Assembly (NCBI GenBank): GCA_964187785.1
Contig: OZ076409.1
Span: 51,648,001 to 51,712,000, forward strand
DNA length: 64,000 bases
Source of the DNA: Amphiscolops sp. MND2022
Taxonomy: Eukaryota
Reading direction: 5' to 3'
Part shown: positions 12,995 through 24,696 of the stretch, in pieces
Position numbering within the stretch: the first letter of the stretch is position 1
How the letters are laid out: each line of letters begins with the position of its first letter
Notes under the pieces: model-generated
The model's input: the letters and a program-made list of their open reading frames with translations, nothing else
The model's database searches: none
What the model was told of the DNA's origin: nothing
Position numbers and translations under genes: made by a program

Positions 12995-14951
12995 TGAGTT
13001 TTGAGTGTATTTGGATCATCTTTGGTGAATACCCTTGCGTCCGCAAATACGGCGTATCTTTGGGTCTTCGTTATTTGGGTTATTTGGGTCTTCGATTGGG
13101 ACTTATGTCAATGGTTTGACATTATGTTCTGCTTGCAGCTCTGTTTGATAATTGAGCTGCGGTCTGGGATCGTTGACTGCGTTGGCTCAGTTCCAACAAA
13201 TTTTCGTTTTCTGAGGTTGCCGCAAGTATGGCATCTTAGCTTGTCGCCTGCATCGTCATTGTTCGGGCCATTGTTTTTCAGTGTTTGTTGCACTTTATGC
13301 TTTTTTATTTTTCGACATTCTGCTCTAAATTGCCCGAACTTCTTGCAGCAGAAACAATACTTCTTTTTTATCTCTTCACTTCTGTCTGCCGTGTTTTTGA
13401 TTCGCTTGGACGGTGGGCTACTTGGACAAGTGATACTTCTTCTATTGCACCTAGTCCGTTGAGTCTCATTTCGCGCTCCATGTGGAGTACGATGTCGTTA
13501 TAGACTTTGTCCTTCAAGTACGCGCTACTAAAAATCTTTTTGGCATCATCAGACATGTTTGCAGATATTGATATAAATTTGTGGGTCAACGCTCCGAATG
13601 TGTTCGTGGCAGTTTTCTGTAGGACGTCTAAAAATTCGTACAACATCTGGGTAATAGTGTAGAGCCTGAGCGCGTCCCATTCGCAACGTACCCTTGCCAA
13701 TGACAGAGTCGCCAAAACGACGCTAAAAGGCCGTCATTTTTAGTCGGCGCTTCACGAAGTGAAACGCGACTATTATAGTGACTCTTTTTTTTCTCTCTCC
13801 ACACGAACTGACCAAAATAGTTCTTAACCGTTCTACAGAATATTATGGTGTCAAATTGCACCATTTGGCCTAGCGAACTGGACCAAAGTGGTTTTACCTG
13901 TTTTTCCGCGTAACATACCATACCGGGCGAGATCCAAAGAGTCCCCCCTTTCAATTTTTTTCGGCACTGCGAGACATTTTTTTCGGGAATTTTTTTCCTC
14001 AGAGGGTCCCCTCTGCATTTTTTGATGTTTTGCAACAGAATGGATGTTGGAAAATCCCAAAGGGTTCCTCCTTTCAGTTTTCTTCGGCATTGTGAGACGT
14101 TAGCGCGCCAGGGGCTCGCGCCAGCGGGCCCCGGCGCGCCACTCGGTCCATTTTTTTAGTATGTAATTTTTTCAAAACAAATTTCGAAGAAAATTCGATG
14201 TTCGAGTACTGTAAAAGAATACTTGACACTTGGAAGTCTTTTTGCTACTTTTGAGCCTTGGATATGGCGCCGACTTGGGCCGGTCCCGGCTTGTTTCTTC
14301 TATGGAATCTTTTCTGGTGTCGTCCAGATTGCGGAACGCTTGTAGGGCGTCACTGCGGAGTAGCGAGATGAAGTAGTTATATTTTTGTATCTCCTCAAGA
14401 TGTGGGTACATTTATATTTTGTTACGGAAACGGGTTATCACTCTTGTCTATGGCAAAAGTGTTCTTGCTGCCGTGGGACGTTGTTTCGACGCACACTGAC
14501 TCTGCGATCGTACTTTTGACTTTTTTGCTGGTTTCTGGAGTCGTTTAAAACTCCTGTCACCGTGTTATGACTTGGGTTAGTGTCGTTGTTTGAACGCCAT
14601 TTTTAACAGATCTATTCGGAGTATAGAAGTTTCTAGATCCGTTTTATAGAATCGGTTCACTTTATTCGTTCTCATTTTCTCTGGTGGTTTTAGGTTTAAT
14701 CAACTCCAACAGCTCTTTCTGGGATTCGAACAAATGTCGTTTGATATCGGATGTTAACCCCTTCAAAGAAGCTCTCAATCTTTGTAAGGCACCATTCTCA
14801 ATTCCTGGTGAATTGGCACGAGAAAGTCCAGCTATCATGACGCCTTGTTCACCTAAATCTACAATTAATCAAACATGGAGAAATTAGAGTTTCACTTAAG
14901 TTTCCGGTGTTTTCCTGATGGTTGTTTCTTCTTTTGACTTCGTGTTGACAT
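12995..14951 (-). pseudogene. Copy A gag, disrupted
   Basis: ATG at 14951 (MSTRSQK...); MYPHLEEIQKYNYF, ARVRCEWDAL, YNDIVLHMEREMRLNGLGA and knuckle remnants match copy B gag. Confidence 0.85.
13738..14296 (-). mobile_element. Non-autonomous DINE-1/HINE-like (Helentron-associated) element inserted in copy A gag
   Basis: Interrupts KDSIEE|MTAF. Subterminal inverted repeats AGTCGGCGC (13742-13750) and GCGCCGACT (14267-14275), terminal hairpin at 13741-13772, T-rich junctions and no clear TSD. Confidence 0.65.
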
Positions 14952-16863
14952 CTTGAAGATAAGATTCAATTTTTTATTGTTTTGAATTTCTTTTTCACAT
15001 TCACGGAGTTATATTTTCTGAACGAAAGACAAAGTTTGACTGAATAAAGTACAAACTTTTTTCATTTCCTTCGAACACTCTGTCACTTCCTGTTTTTTTG
15101 AAACAAATCCTCCTGGATCTTCAATATACGTCAAGTTTTCGTGAAACTTCAAGACACGGCGGAATTACTTTGTTTTTGGTCATTGCGCATGATCACATTA
15201 TTTCACTTCGGCGTCTTTGTATTTCCTCTCAGCAAGAAGTAGGTTTTACGTCAGTCCGTCAAAATACTGGAAACTTTTTCTTGACGTTGAGATGACGCTG
15301 GCGTGAACAACTGATATTTGATTTTCGAATACTAGACTAGGAAAATTATTTCTATTTCATAAAAATGGATATTTGATAGTTGCTAGGTAAGCGAAAGTCC
15401 ACCACATTCGACAAGCACTCAATTACTTCAATCCTATTAATGAGTACAATCATGGATATGCTAATTAACACAAGAAACAAAATAATGAACAACGAGCGAC
15501 AACGTCAACTAATTTGTAAACACATTAGTAACATCAATTACCAACGACCTCAAAACTAAACCACATCAACAAAAACTTCAACATCACATCAAGTTGAAGT
15601 ACTTGTTATGAACAAAACTAAAACAGCAGTATTGCATACCGAGTGAAAATATCGTATTCACACCAACTAGAAAATCAGACGTCCTTGATTAACAACGTGA
15701 TAATGTCAATTAAATGACATCAAGATAAGAAAGCAACATGGGTGGTAACGATGGAAAGCACTTATATAAAACATTCCCGTCGCAAAGCATTTGTCACCTT
15801 CTAACATTGTTTTGGAACTTATTAAAGACGTCAAAAATTTTTTGAATGCTTTGGTTCAGATTGAATAGACATATAAGTTAACTGTGCTTTCATTCGGGAG
15901 TTTTTCACATACTCACATGTTAGGATAAACCTATGAAAGATAGATATAAAAGCATATTCTGGCGAATTCAACGTCAGGCGAAGTGCGTTAGACGCAAAAT
16001 TTTATACTCGTACATTCCGGTCGATAATTGACGTAGCATTGACGTAAAATCAAACTAAACTCGAAAGCAATCCTTTTTTATGAGATTTATTAAAACGCTT
16101 CAGATTTTAGAATACACCTGTTCAAAATAGTCCTAAATTTTATCTCGGCTATTCTATTTCGGTTATTTTGGCTAATCCTATTTTCAATTACCGCAATTCA
16201 GGCGTAGAGATGTGAACCTCCTACAATCCCTTTAACAGTTGACGTAAAGGTGACGTAAATTCAAACAGTTTTTTTTCTGGTATTTCATTACTAAAATAGC
16301 AGTTCTTTTAGATTTAATACCAGATAAAACGCCTATTTCCATAAACTTGCGATGTAGTGTTGAAGAGTCTTTGATGTCAAGCTTAGATGGCTTCCTTGTC
16401 TGACGCACTGCTGACGTAGACTTGAAATGATTTCTATCTAGCAGCCAAGACAGTGACGTATTCACGACGTAAAATTGAAAGGTCTAGCTACGCTTTGACA
16501 TTACTGTGACGTAACAGAGTAATCGTTCAGTACCGTCTACGTTTTGATATCGTTACATTTATAGTTTTATCAGACGGCGCAGCCATATTTGTTTTCTTAA
16601 CGACGTTTCATTGTCCTAATCCGCATTGATTGCCTTTCAAAGTGCAATCAAGCTGCCTTTCTCAGAAAAGCGTATTGCTTATTTGTCTATCTTCTGATAA
16701 ACTTTTGTTTTAAATTTGACTAAGATATGTTCAAAAAGGCAAATTCCAGTTAAGTATTCAGGTGGAGACAGTTCTTTTTTCCAGCGTAGCTCAAACGTAT
16801 TGGCTTAAGTATGTGAAATCATTTTGAATTGATCTTTTTGGTAGTAATTTTTAATTTAGATTC

Positions 16864-18354
16864 TGTTACGACTACCTAACGGAGTGTTATTTTGTATTAA
16901 TTGTTTATAGATGTTGATGCAGGTGCAATGAATATATTTTAAGGCTTTTCTGACTTCGAGTTTTCATATTTGAGTTGAGACAAGGAGATTGAAAGAATTT
17001 GAATTTCCAAAATCGTTTCAACAACGGAGTAAAACAATGCAACAATGATCACTATTAACTTTTAACTAACTGATTCAATTTACAAAACCAACATATTTAT
17101 ACTTTCCTAGCATCATTTGTTCCTCGCCTAAAAATTCCTATGTATCATAAAAATTTGGTTTGTTCATGCAAAAACCCAGTTGATTCATATTATTCCAGTC
17201 CCGCGTCACAAAATCAGGTATCGAAATTCTTAGTTACGTCGCCCATCCGTAACATTTGTTGAAATCATTTTTGTTCAAACGATACACTTCCTGTTTGGAC
17301 GTCAAAATGGCGGCAAAATGAGAGCCTGCGTGATATTTTCAACAACGGAGGCACGCCGGCGTGATTGATTAGTCAATTTCCAAGTTAGGAATCCAAATAT
17401 TCAATATAAAAGTATGACTAGCAAAAATGGCAACGCAACTGAAACGGAGCAAATAATTTTGAGAGCGGAAACATTTGAACACTGATGAAAAGGAACAGAT
17501 GATACCGGAATAACAGTTTCAAGTTGTTGCCATTATTATTAGCACGAACATAAAACGACGTAAATATATCTAAGCTAAGCATACAATCACATAAATACTA
17601 AAACAACGGAGACTATTCGGTCAACAACAAATTCCACACTTGAGAAAACGCTAATCAGAACATCGATTAGTGACAATAACACGTTATTACATCGATTGAC
17701 AATTTCGATTTCATAGTATAAATGCAGAACACTCAATGAAAATTTTAGCATAAACTTCATTCAAAAGAAAACATCCAATAAAATGACGTTGCCCTTACGT
17801 TGCATTCTATTCACAAAATCTTTGAAATTCATCAATTCCTGAGAAAATTTCCTACTAAATTGTTTTTAAGACCCTAGTTTGATAGTTACAATCTTACAAT
17901 TGCTCCGTAAGCGCTCCGTACGTAGTATTAAAATTAGGTATAGCTTTACAGTTTTACAAATTGCTCCGTAAGCCCTCCGTACGTATTAAAATTAGGTATA
18001 GCTTTACAGTTTTACAATTTGCTCTGTAAGCGCTCCGTACGTATTAAGATTAGGTATAGCTTTAGAACTTTACAATTTGCTCCGTAAGCGCTCCGTACGT
18101 AATAAAATTAGCTATAGCTGACCAGCGGTTTACGGAGACGTTACGTTGCGCATTAGAAAATCATTCCAATTGTCTAATTAGTGACGTCACAAAATCATTC
18201 CAAACAATTAAGTACTGCTAGCGTAGCTGTGTAGATGACGTCACAAACATAGTAATCACACCAGTATTCTCCAATTAGTTCACACCAGTACACCAGTATA
18301 TTTAACCGAAACAATCGCGTTTAAAGCGATAACAGCCGGGCGCGGGCTGTGACA
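16864..18354 (-). repeat. Element D 3' LTR (1491 bp)
   Basis: Termini TGTCACA...CGTAACA on the minus strand; near-identical to 19912-21394. Confidence 0.92.
17886..18115. repeat. Tandem array of four ~56-59 bp units in the D LTR
   Basis: Repeated TTACAATT(T)GCTCCGTAAGCGCTCCGTACGTATTAAAATTAGGTATAGCTT; also present at ~20934-21163. Confidence 0.9.
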
Positions 18355-19911
18355 GGACCACTCGGGAAGGAAAGAAGACAATATGCGGGTTTTTGTCGAA
18401 TCACTTCTTTCTTACGTCAGCGAGAATTCTCAATTTCCGACTGATATTTGTAGTCTATTGGGGTCAGTAATTTCACAGAATTCATGTTTGTTGTTTTTCT
18501 TCCTTCGTTGCGATTCGCCTGAATTTTTGAAAGCGTTTTGCTTCCGTCTGCGCTGTTATTGGCCGAAACGTGAATAAACACTTTACTGATTTTCATTTTC
18601 CGTTTCTTATTCAGCTACGTCGTCATGACGTTGTCAATCCTTTCCGAAGCAATTACGTCTATGTGACGTCACTGTTTTCAAAGTGCTTTTCTTGATTTTT
18701 TCTTTCAGTTGTTCTTTTCTTTTATGTTGTTTCGAAGAAACTTCTGCTGTTTTCAATGGGAAACGCCGAAATTGTTCGTTCTACTGCTGTTCCTGTGGCA
18801 GCTTTGTTAGTGGAAACGGGATAAACTACAACTACTCCGACGATGACGTTGTTCTCTCGGAAGTGAAAATTGCGTTCGTTGCTTCAGGTTGGTAAAATCT
18901 TTCTGACTTCCATGGGTTGTTGGACTTTTGTTTTGGTGATCAGCCTTTGAGTCCTACCCGATTACCTGACGCGTCTGAATCCAGATCTTGATTTTCAGTA
19001 ACTCAACCTGACACTTCGGCAGTCGTTCCTTTTGGGATTTCGGACGTGTTTCGTCCGTCCGGCACAACAACGTCGCCTTCCGTTTCCACCATCTTGGGTA
19101 CCAACCTCGGCCAAATTGTAAGTGAAGTAGCTCCCAATGTCATTTCTCTCAGTTCAATTTCTTTTACTGTTGCTGTCGAAAGAGAAGAATTCATAGTCCC
19201 ATGTCATGGATTCTGTCCCAGTCGCCCCACGTCAGCCTTCCGTCCATGAAGATGTTCTTTCTGTCGCTGCTCAGTGTTATACTGATCCGGGTAAAATTTG
19301 CTACATCTCGTTCGAGCGAGATGTTTCCCCCCTCGTTTGAAAAAACTGACAGCGATATAGTCTTTCATTTCAGTCTGTACTGGCTCAATGATCTGTGAGT
19401 GTATTACGGAACGTTTTCGGAGAGTTGTGTAACGTAGGAAACACGGTAACAAGGATTGCTTGTGATTGCTAGGAGGCATTCCTGAATTTATCAGTCGACA
19501 ATAAATATAGTTTCAGGGAGTTTTTCCACTGTCTTGATTATCACGTCATGCAGTCGTTGGCTTGGAGTCTTCAGTCGGGGACGAATTAGGTGAAAAAAAA
19601 TTGAAGGTTCTTTGTTCCTTTTTTCTGGAGAAAGTGATAATTACACGAGTCCTTTTCGACCACAATCACATGTTCAATGCTGACACATTTTTTGAAGGTG
19701 AATTTCTGTAACTGACTGCTCATTTTCGAGGTCAAAACATAACTCTATTTGTTCCATTCTAGAGTAATCACTTACGATTTCACTTCGTAATCTCTTCGCA
19801 ATCCGAGTTCCAATTGATTTCGGCTGTCGTCCTTGCTTTTGTTCTGTTCCTGTTGCGCATCTCTTGATGTTGATTTGGTCGTTCGTGGAATCGTTTTAAC
19901 TCCTGTCACCA

Positions 19912-21394
19912 TGTTACGACTACCTAACGGAGTGTTATTTTGTATTAATTGTTTATAGATGTTGATGCAGGTGCAATGAATATATTTTAAGGCTTTTCTG
20001 ACTTCGAGTTTTCATATTTGAGTTGAGACAAGGAGATTGAAAGAATTTGAATTTCCAAAATCGTTTCAACAACGGAGTAAAACAATGCAACAATGATCAC
20101 TATTAACTTTTAACTAACTGATTCAATTTACAAAACCAACATAATTATACTTTCCTAGCATCATTTGTTCCTCGCCTAAAAATTCCTAGGTATCATAAAA
20201 ATTGGGTTTGTTCATGCAAAAACCCAGTTGATTCATATTATTCCAGTCCCGCGTCACAAAATCAGGTATCGAAATTCTTAGTTGCGTCGCCCTTCCGTAA
20301 CATTTGTTGAAATCATTTTTGTTCAAACGATACACTTCCTGTTTGGACGTCAAAATGGCGGCAAAATGAGAGCCTGCGTGATATTTTCAACAACGGAGGC
20401 ACGCCGGCGTGATTGATTAGTCAATTTCCAAGTTGGGAATCCAAATATTCAAGATAAAAGTATGACTAGCAAAAATGGCAACGCAACTGAAACGGAGCAA
20501 ATAATTTTGAGAGCGGAAACATTTGAATACTGATGAAAAGGAACAGATGATACCGGAATAACAGTTTCAAGTTGTTGCCATTATTATTAGCACGAACATA
20601 AAACGACGTAAATATATCTAAGCTAAGGATACAATCACATAAATACTAAAACAACGGAAACTATTCGGTCAACAACAAATTCCACACTTGAGAAAACGCT
20701 AATCAGAACATCGATTAGTGACAATAACACGTTATTACATCGATTGACAATTTCGATTTCATAGTATAAATGCAGAACACTCAATGAAATTTTCAGCATA
20801 AACTTCATTCAAAAGAAAGCATCCAATAAAATGACGTTGCCCTTACGTTGCATTCTATTCACAAAATCTTTGAAATTCATCAATTCCTGAGAAAATTTCC
20901 TACTAAATTGTTTTTAAGACCCTAGTTTGATAATTACAATCTTACAATTGCTCCGTAAGCGCTCCGTACGTAGTATTAAAATTAGGTATAGCTTTACAGT
21001 TTTACAATTTGCTCCGTAAGCGCTCCGTACGTATTAAAATTAGGTATAGCTTCACAGTTTTACAATTTGCTCCGTAAGCGCTCCGTACGTATTAAGATTA
21101 GGTATAGCTTTAGAACTTTACAATTTGCTCCGTAAGCGCTCCGTACGTAATAAAATTAGCTATAGCTGACCAGCGGTTTACGGAGACGTTACGTTGCGCA
21201 TCAGAAAATCATTCCAATTGTCTAATCAGTGACGTCACAAAATCATTCCAAATAGTTAAGTACTGCTAGCGTGGCTGTGTAGATGACGTCACAAACTTAG
21301 TAATCACACCAGTATTCTCCAATTAGTTCACACCAGTATATTTAACCGAAACAATCGCGTTTAAAGCGATAACAGCCGGGAGCGGGCTGTGACA
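19912..21394 (-). repeat. Element D 5' LTR (1483 bp)
   Basis: Direct repeat of 16864-18354, followed on the minus strand by the PBS. Confidence 0.92.
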
Positions 21395-22361
21395 GATTCT
21401 CTGTAGTTTGGTGTATAATTCCTACTAAGTCACTGCCTATTTATTGAAAAGAGTTAACATCCAAAGTAGCTTTTTGCCATTTTAGCTTTACAGCCATATC
21501 CCCTGCCAAACAAAACTTTCCTGCATCCTCAATCCAGTCCGGGCGCGGACTGTGACAATAAAGACTTTCAATTGTCCTCGAGGCCCCTGTTAACTAACAA
21601 TTTCCATCTTGAGGTAATCTGTCAGTAAGGGATATCAGTAGACCTATTTTCAAAATTTCAATACATTCCGATTTGTATTCTCAGCTGATGGAGTGATTCA
21701 TTCTTTTTAAACTTGGCATCTCTACTCCGTAACCTTAGCTGGAACACTACAATACAACAACAACTAAGTGTCACTATTTAAGTTTTTTAAAGTTCACTTT
21801 TTTGTCTAAGGCATGTTCAACTATTAATGCACCTTCGAAATTTCCGACTGCAATGCTATCTGTAATCATTTTTTGTACCATAGTGTCATTCAAGAGCTTT
21901 CATGAACGCTCTACTGGATTCGTTTTTCCTTCAATTGTTTGGGCTCAATGTTTCGGGTTCAATGTTTTTGTGTTTTTATCTAGATTCGCAGGTTTTGTCA
22001 GTTCAAAGAATAGTTGCCGAAACAAATGGCAAAAGTTGTGGCTTTTTTCACCCAAATTTCCGTCGATTAGAATCATGTTGTTAAGAGATGCATAATAGAT
22101 TTCTTCTTGCTAGTTCAAAAGATTTTGAGTGAAATGTTTTTTCGAGAATGATTGAAATTGCTGATGATACAAAACAAATTTTGGGTTTCAAATAACTTTA
22201 TTCAATTTACAGCTTGAATTTTTTTCTATTTATTATAATCTTATATTATGAACAGAAAGGATAAAATCAGCAATGATTCAGCAGTAACTTTAGTTTCGAT
22301 TGTTGAGCTGAAATTTGGAACGACATTGTTGAGACAAGTATTCTTATAAAAACATTCTTAT

Positions 22362-23357
22362 TCAAGTTATTTTATAAAAGCTCGTAAGAGCATCTTTAAC
22401 TTTTCTCCAGAATTCCCCAGACGAAGTAATATTCCAGTTTCCGATCCAGTTGGAACCCCAAGCATGTAGATTTCCCCAGCAAACCACTAGCCAAACATAA
22501 TTTTCTTTCCACCAAGTGAAGAATTTATCGCAGGTTAGAACAGTATTCATGACGAAGGAAACTATTCCTATAAGTATAAACAATATTGTGATGTTAAGGA
22601 AAAAGCAAAGCCACGCAGATTGACAAATTCTCCTGATCCATCCAGTTTTGTGATATATCCGTCGACATTTGCGGGAGTTTTTGTAACAGTACAAGAAGAA
22701 CCATTTGATCCATATACCAATGTAAGACACCACTAAATTACTTGGAAAATGTTGATTTAGTTCATGAAGACAATTCTTATTTACAAGGACTCGTCTATAG
22801 ATGAGCTCTATTTCATTTAATACATCCGTAGGCGAATCATCTCTGATCATCCAAGAAACTTTGACCCAGAAAATGACAAGGAGGCTTGCAATTATTCGCT
22901 GGAGTTCCTTTTTCGATGTGATCTCTTCCATTTGTTTTGCAAAGCTGTGAACTTCATTTTCACTGTATTTATTCTGAAGATTTTTCAGAAACTTGAAATA
23001 ACTATACTTCGAATTGTGCGATGAACATGAGTTCATTTGCAAAACAGACGATTTGAACAAAATATCCACATTGCAGTCAGCCACATTTTGAATTTGATAA
23101 ACAATTTTTTCCGCATCATCCGCCAAAGCTGCCAGGTCCAGAGTTTTATTTGGGCGCTCATCTAAATGCAAGGCTTCTTGGAGCTCTTCTGAACGTCCTG
23201 GCTGATCTCCGTAGTCCATTGTGTCATCAGCGATATATGTTTGAGCATTTACGTGTTGCCTGTTGACGTCAAATGGTTGTGAAATCTCAGCGCCCTCTTC
23301 AGGTCTGATCTCGCTACCATGGTTCCTCCTACGCACTGAGTTTATTTCTGGTTGCAT
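22362..23357 (-). CDS. Orphan single-exon ORF (331 aa from ATG 23357): acidic N-terminus, hydrophobic and Trp-rich C-terminus with putative transmembrane helices
   Basis: Uninterrupted ~1 kb ORF in AT-rich DNA; hydrophobic stretch AWLCFFLNITILFILIGIVSFVM; AATAAA downstream on the minus strand (22197-22202). No family recognised. Confidence 0.55.
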   Translation of the reverse strand: MQPEINSVRRRNHGSEIRPEEGAEISQPFDVNRQHVNAQTYIADDTMDYGDQPGRSEELQEALHLDERPNKTLDLAALADDAEKIVYQIQNVADCNVDILFKSSVLQMNSCSSHNSKYSYFKFLKNLQNKYSENEVHSFAKQMEEITSKKELQRIIASLLVIFWVKVSWMIRDDSPTDVLNEIELIYRRVLVNKNCLHELNQHFPSNLVVSYIGIWIKWFFLYCYKNSRKCRRIYHKTGWIRRICQSAWLCFFLNITILFILIGIVSFVMNTVLTCDKFFTWWKENYVWLVVCWGNLHAWGSNWIGNWNITSSGEFWRKVKDALTSFYKIT

Positions 23358-24213
23358 CCCAGTGTTCAAATACGAATCGTAACTACAAAAAACAAGTTAC
23401 CAAAATACGATGCAACAGTGTATGTGTGTACAGCACCAATGTTTGAGTTATCATTAAAATTCAATGAGAGCGTCCATTTTTTTGTTTACACGAAATGTAC
23501 AGCGCCCGAAAAATGGCTTGCTGGGAAATCGAAACCAACGGAACAGTCGGTTTTCGAAGCGGGACGAAACAGCTGACAGCGTAAAACTCAATGCTGATAA
23601 AGTATAGTATTAAAATATGTGCATCGTGAAAGAAACATTTCCTAAACTGAATATTTGAAAATTGGTTACGATGTTTATGGATACTTTCCTTTGGATAAAA
23701 TAACCTTTAGATGTGTCCTGTCGTAAATAAAGTACCTTTGGTGTCCTTTGGATAAAAGTCACGCAGGGTGCATTTGAAAAACGAATCTCTGATTTTTTTT
23801 AGGAAACGGCAGGTGTATTCTGCTCATGAAATAGGCTGTTTTGGACCACTTGAAAACGGACGGAGTTTTGTTTAGTTGAAAATCGACTGCATCTCACCCT
23901 TGAGGCAAATGAACCACGCAAATCCCTTTTTCTACATTTCTTGAAATTTGGAGTACCATAGCTTAAATTTGACAAAAAAATATGCTCCGAAGATCATGTT
24001 CTCCAGGAAAAATCTACCATCTTTTTTGAATTTCGAGATGAGTTATATTCCATTTCAAACACTTCCGGCAGTTCTTGTTCAGGGTAAGCTCTTCACTATT
24101 TTTATGTACCTGCCAATTGAGCGCAGAAGAAGCACTGTTTAGAAAAAGATCGAACTAGAGTACAATTGTGTTTAATGATCTTATCTCCATTCATTCGTGG
24201 GATAGAATACAAC

Positions 24214-24375
24214 ATGGCACAGACAGCATAACCTTTAAGGCTATCTGTAACTACCATAAACTCAAAAAACGATATGAAAAAAAAACAGAAGCAACCCCAA
24301 GAAGCAAGGGATAACAATGACGTCGGCGAAACCTCGGCTACCAAACGACACACTGAATAGAACGGTAGACTGGAC
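24214..24375 (+). pseudogene. 5' part of a degenerate gag of a different Gypsy-like family (target site of copy B)
   Basis: The reading ...NRTVDW|TSTQKLTIP continues across the TGGAC TSD into 42450 onward. Confidence 0.55.
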
Positions 24376-24696
24376 TGTCGCAGTCCGCTCCCGGACTGGT
24401 TTGCGGCTGCAGACGAGTAGGATACGGACGTGGGCACGGCTGTACAACAAAATTGGCAAACAGGTATTTCAGATACTGACTCAAACTGTAGGTAATGATT
24501 AAAATAAACTGTGACTGAAAATGAAAATAGGTCTAGTGTGCGCAAATCTAAAAATGAAAATGGAAACAGAGAAACACTTAGCCAAAATGATTTCATACAT
24601 TTCCGGCAGGACGTTCCCATAACGCTGAATTAAACATTTTCCACCTGAAAATTAAATTAAAAGATGTCTTAGGAAAAGATCATAGACTAAACTAAA

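Larger units (their letters stand above)
16864..21394 (-). mobile_element. Element D: non-autonomous LTR element (4531 bp) related to the main Gypsy family
   Basis: TSD GATTC (16859-16863 and 21395-21399), near-identical LTRs, PBS TGGTGACAGGAG at 19911 and a 1557-bp internal region with no intact gag/pol. Confidence 0.92.
3715..21557 (-). mobile_element. Gypsy copy A: decayed, 3'-truncated member of the main family, interrupted by BEL, HINE-like and element D insertions
   Basis: The 5' LTR starts TGTCACAG at 21557 and ends ...ATAACA at 14563, followed by PBS-like CGGTGACAGGAG. Gag, protease, RT-start and RNase H fragments are homologous to copy B. Confidence 0.85.
14563..21557 (-). repeat. 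Copy A 5' LTR (~2.46 kb net), split by element D
   Basis: 21400-21557 encodes a decayed copy of the ORF3 tail (SQSAPGLD*GCRKVLFGRGYGC). 14563-15320 matches the gag-proximal part of the B LTR. Confidence 0.8.

Noticed and set aside
17886..18115. Regularly spaced repeats resembling a CRISPR array (also 20934-21163, 47575-47760 and 58127-58272)
   Set aside because: Units are head-to-tail with no unique spacers, lie inside LTR elements, and there are no cas genes; the context is eukaryotic.
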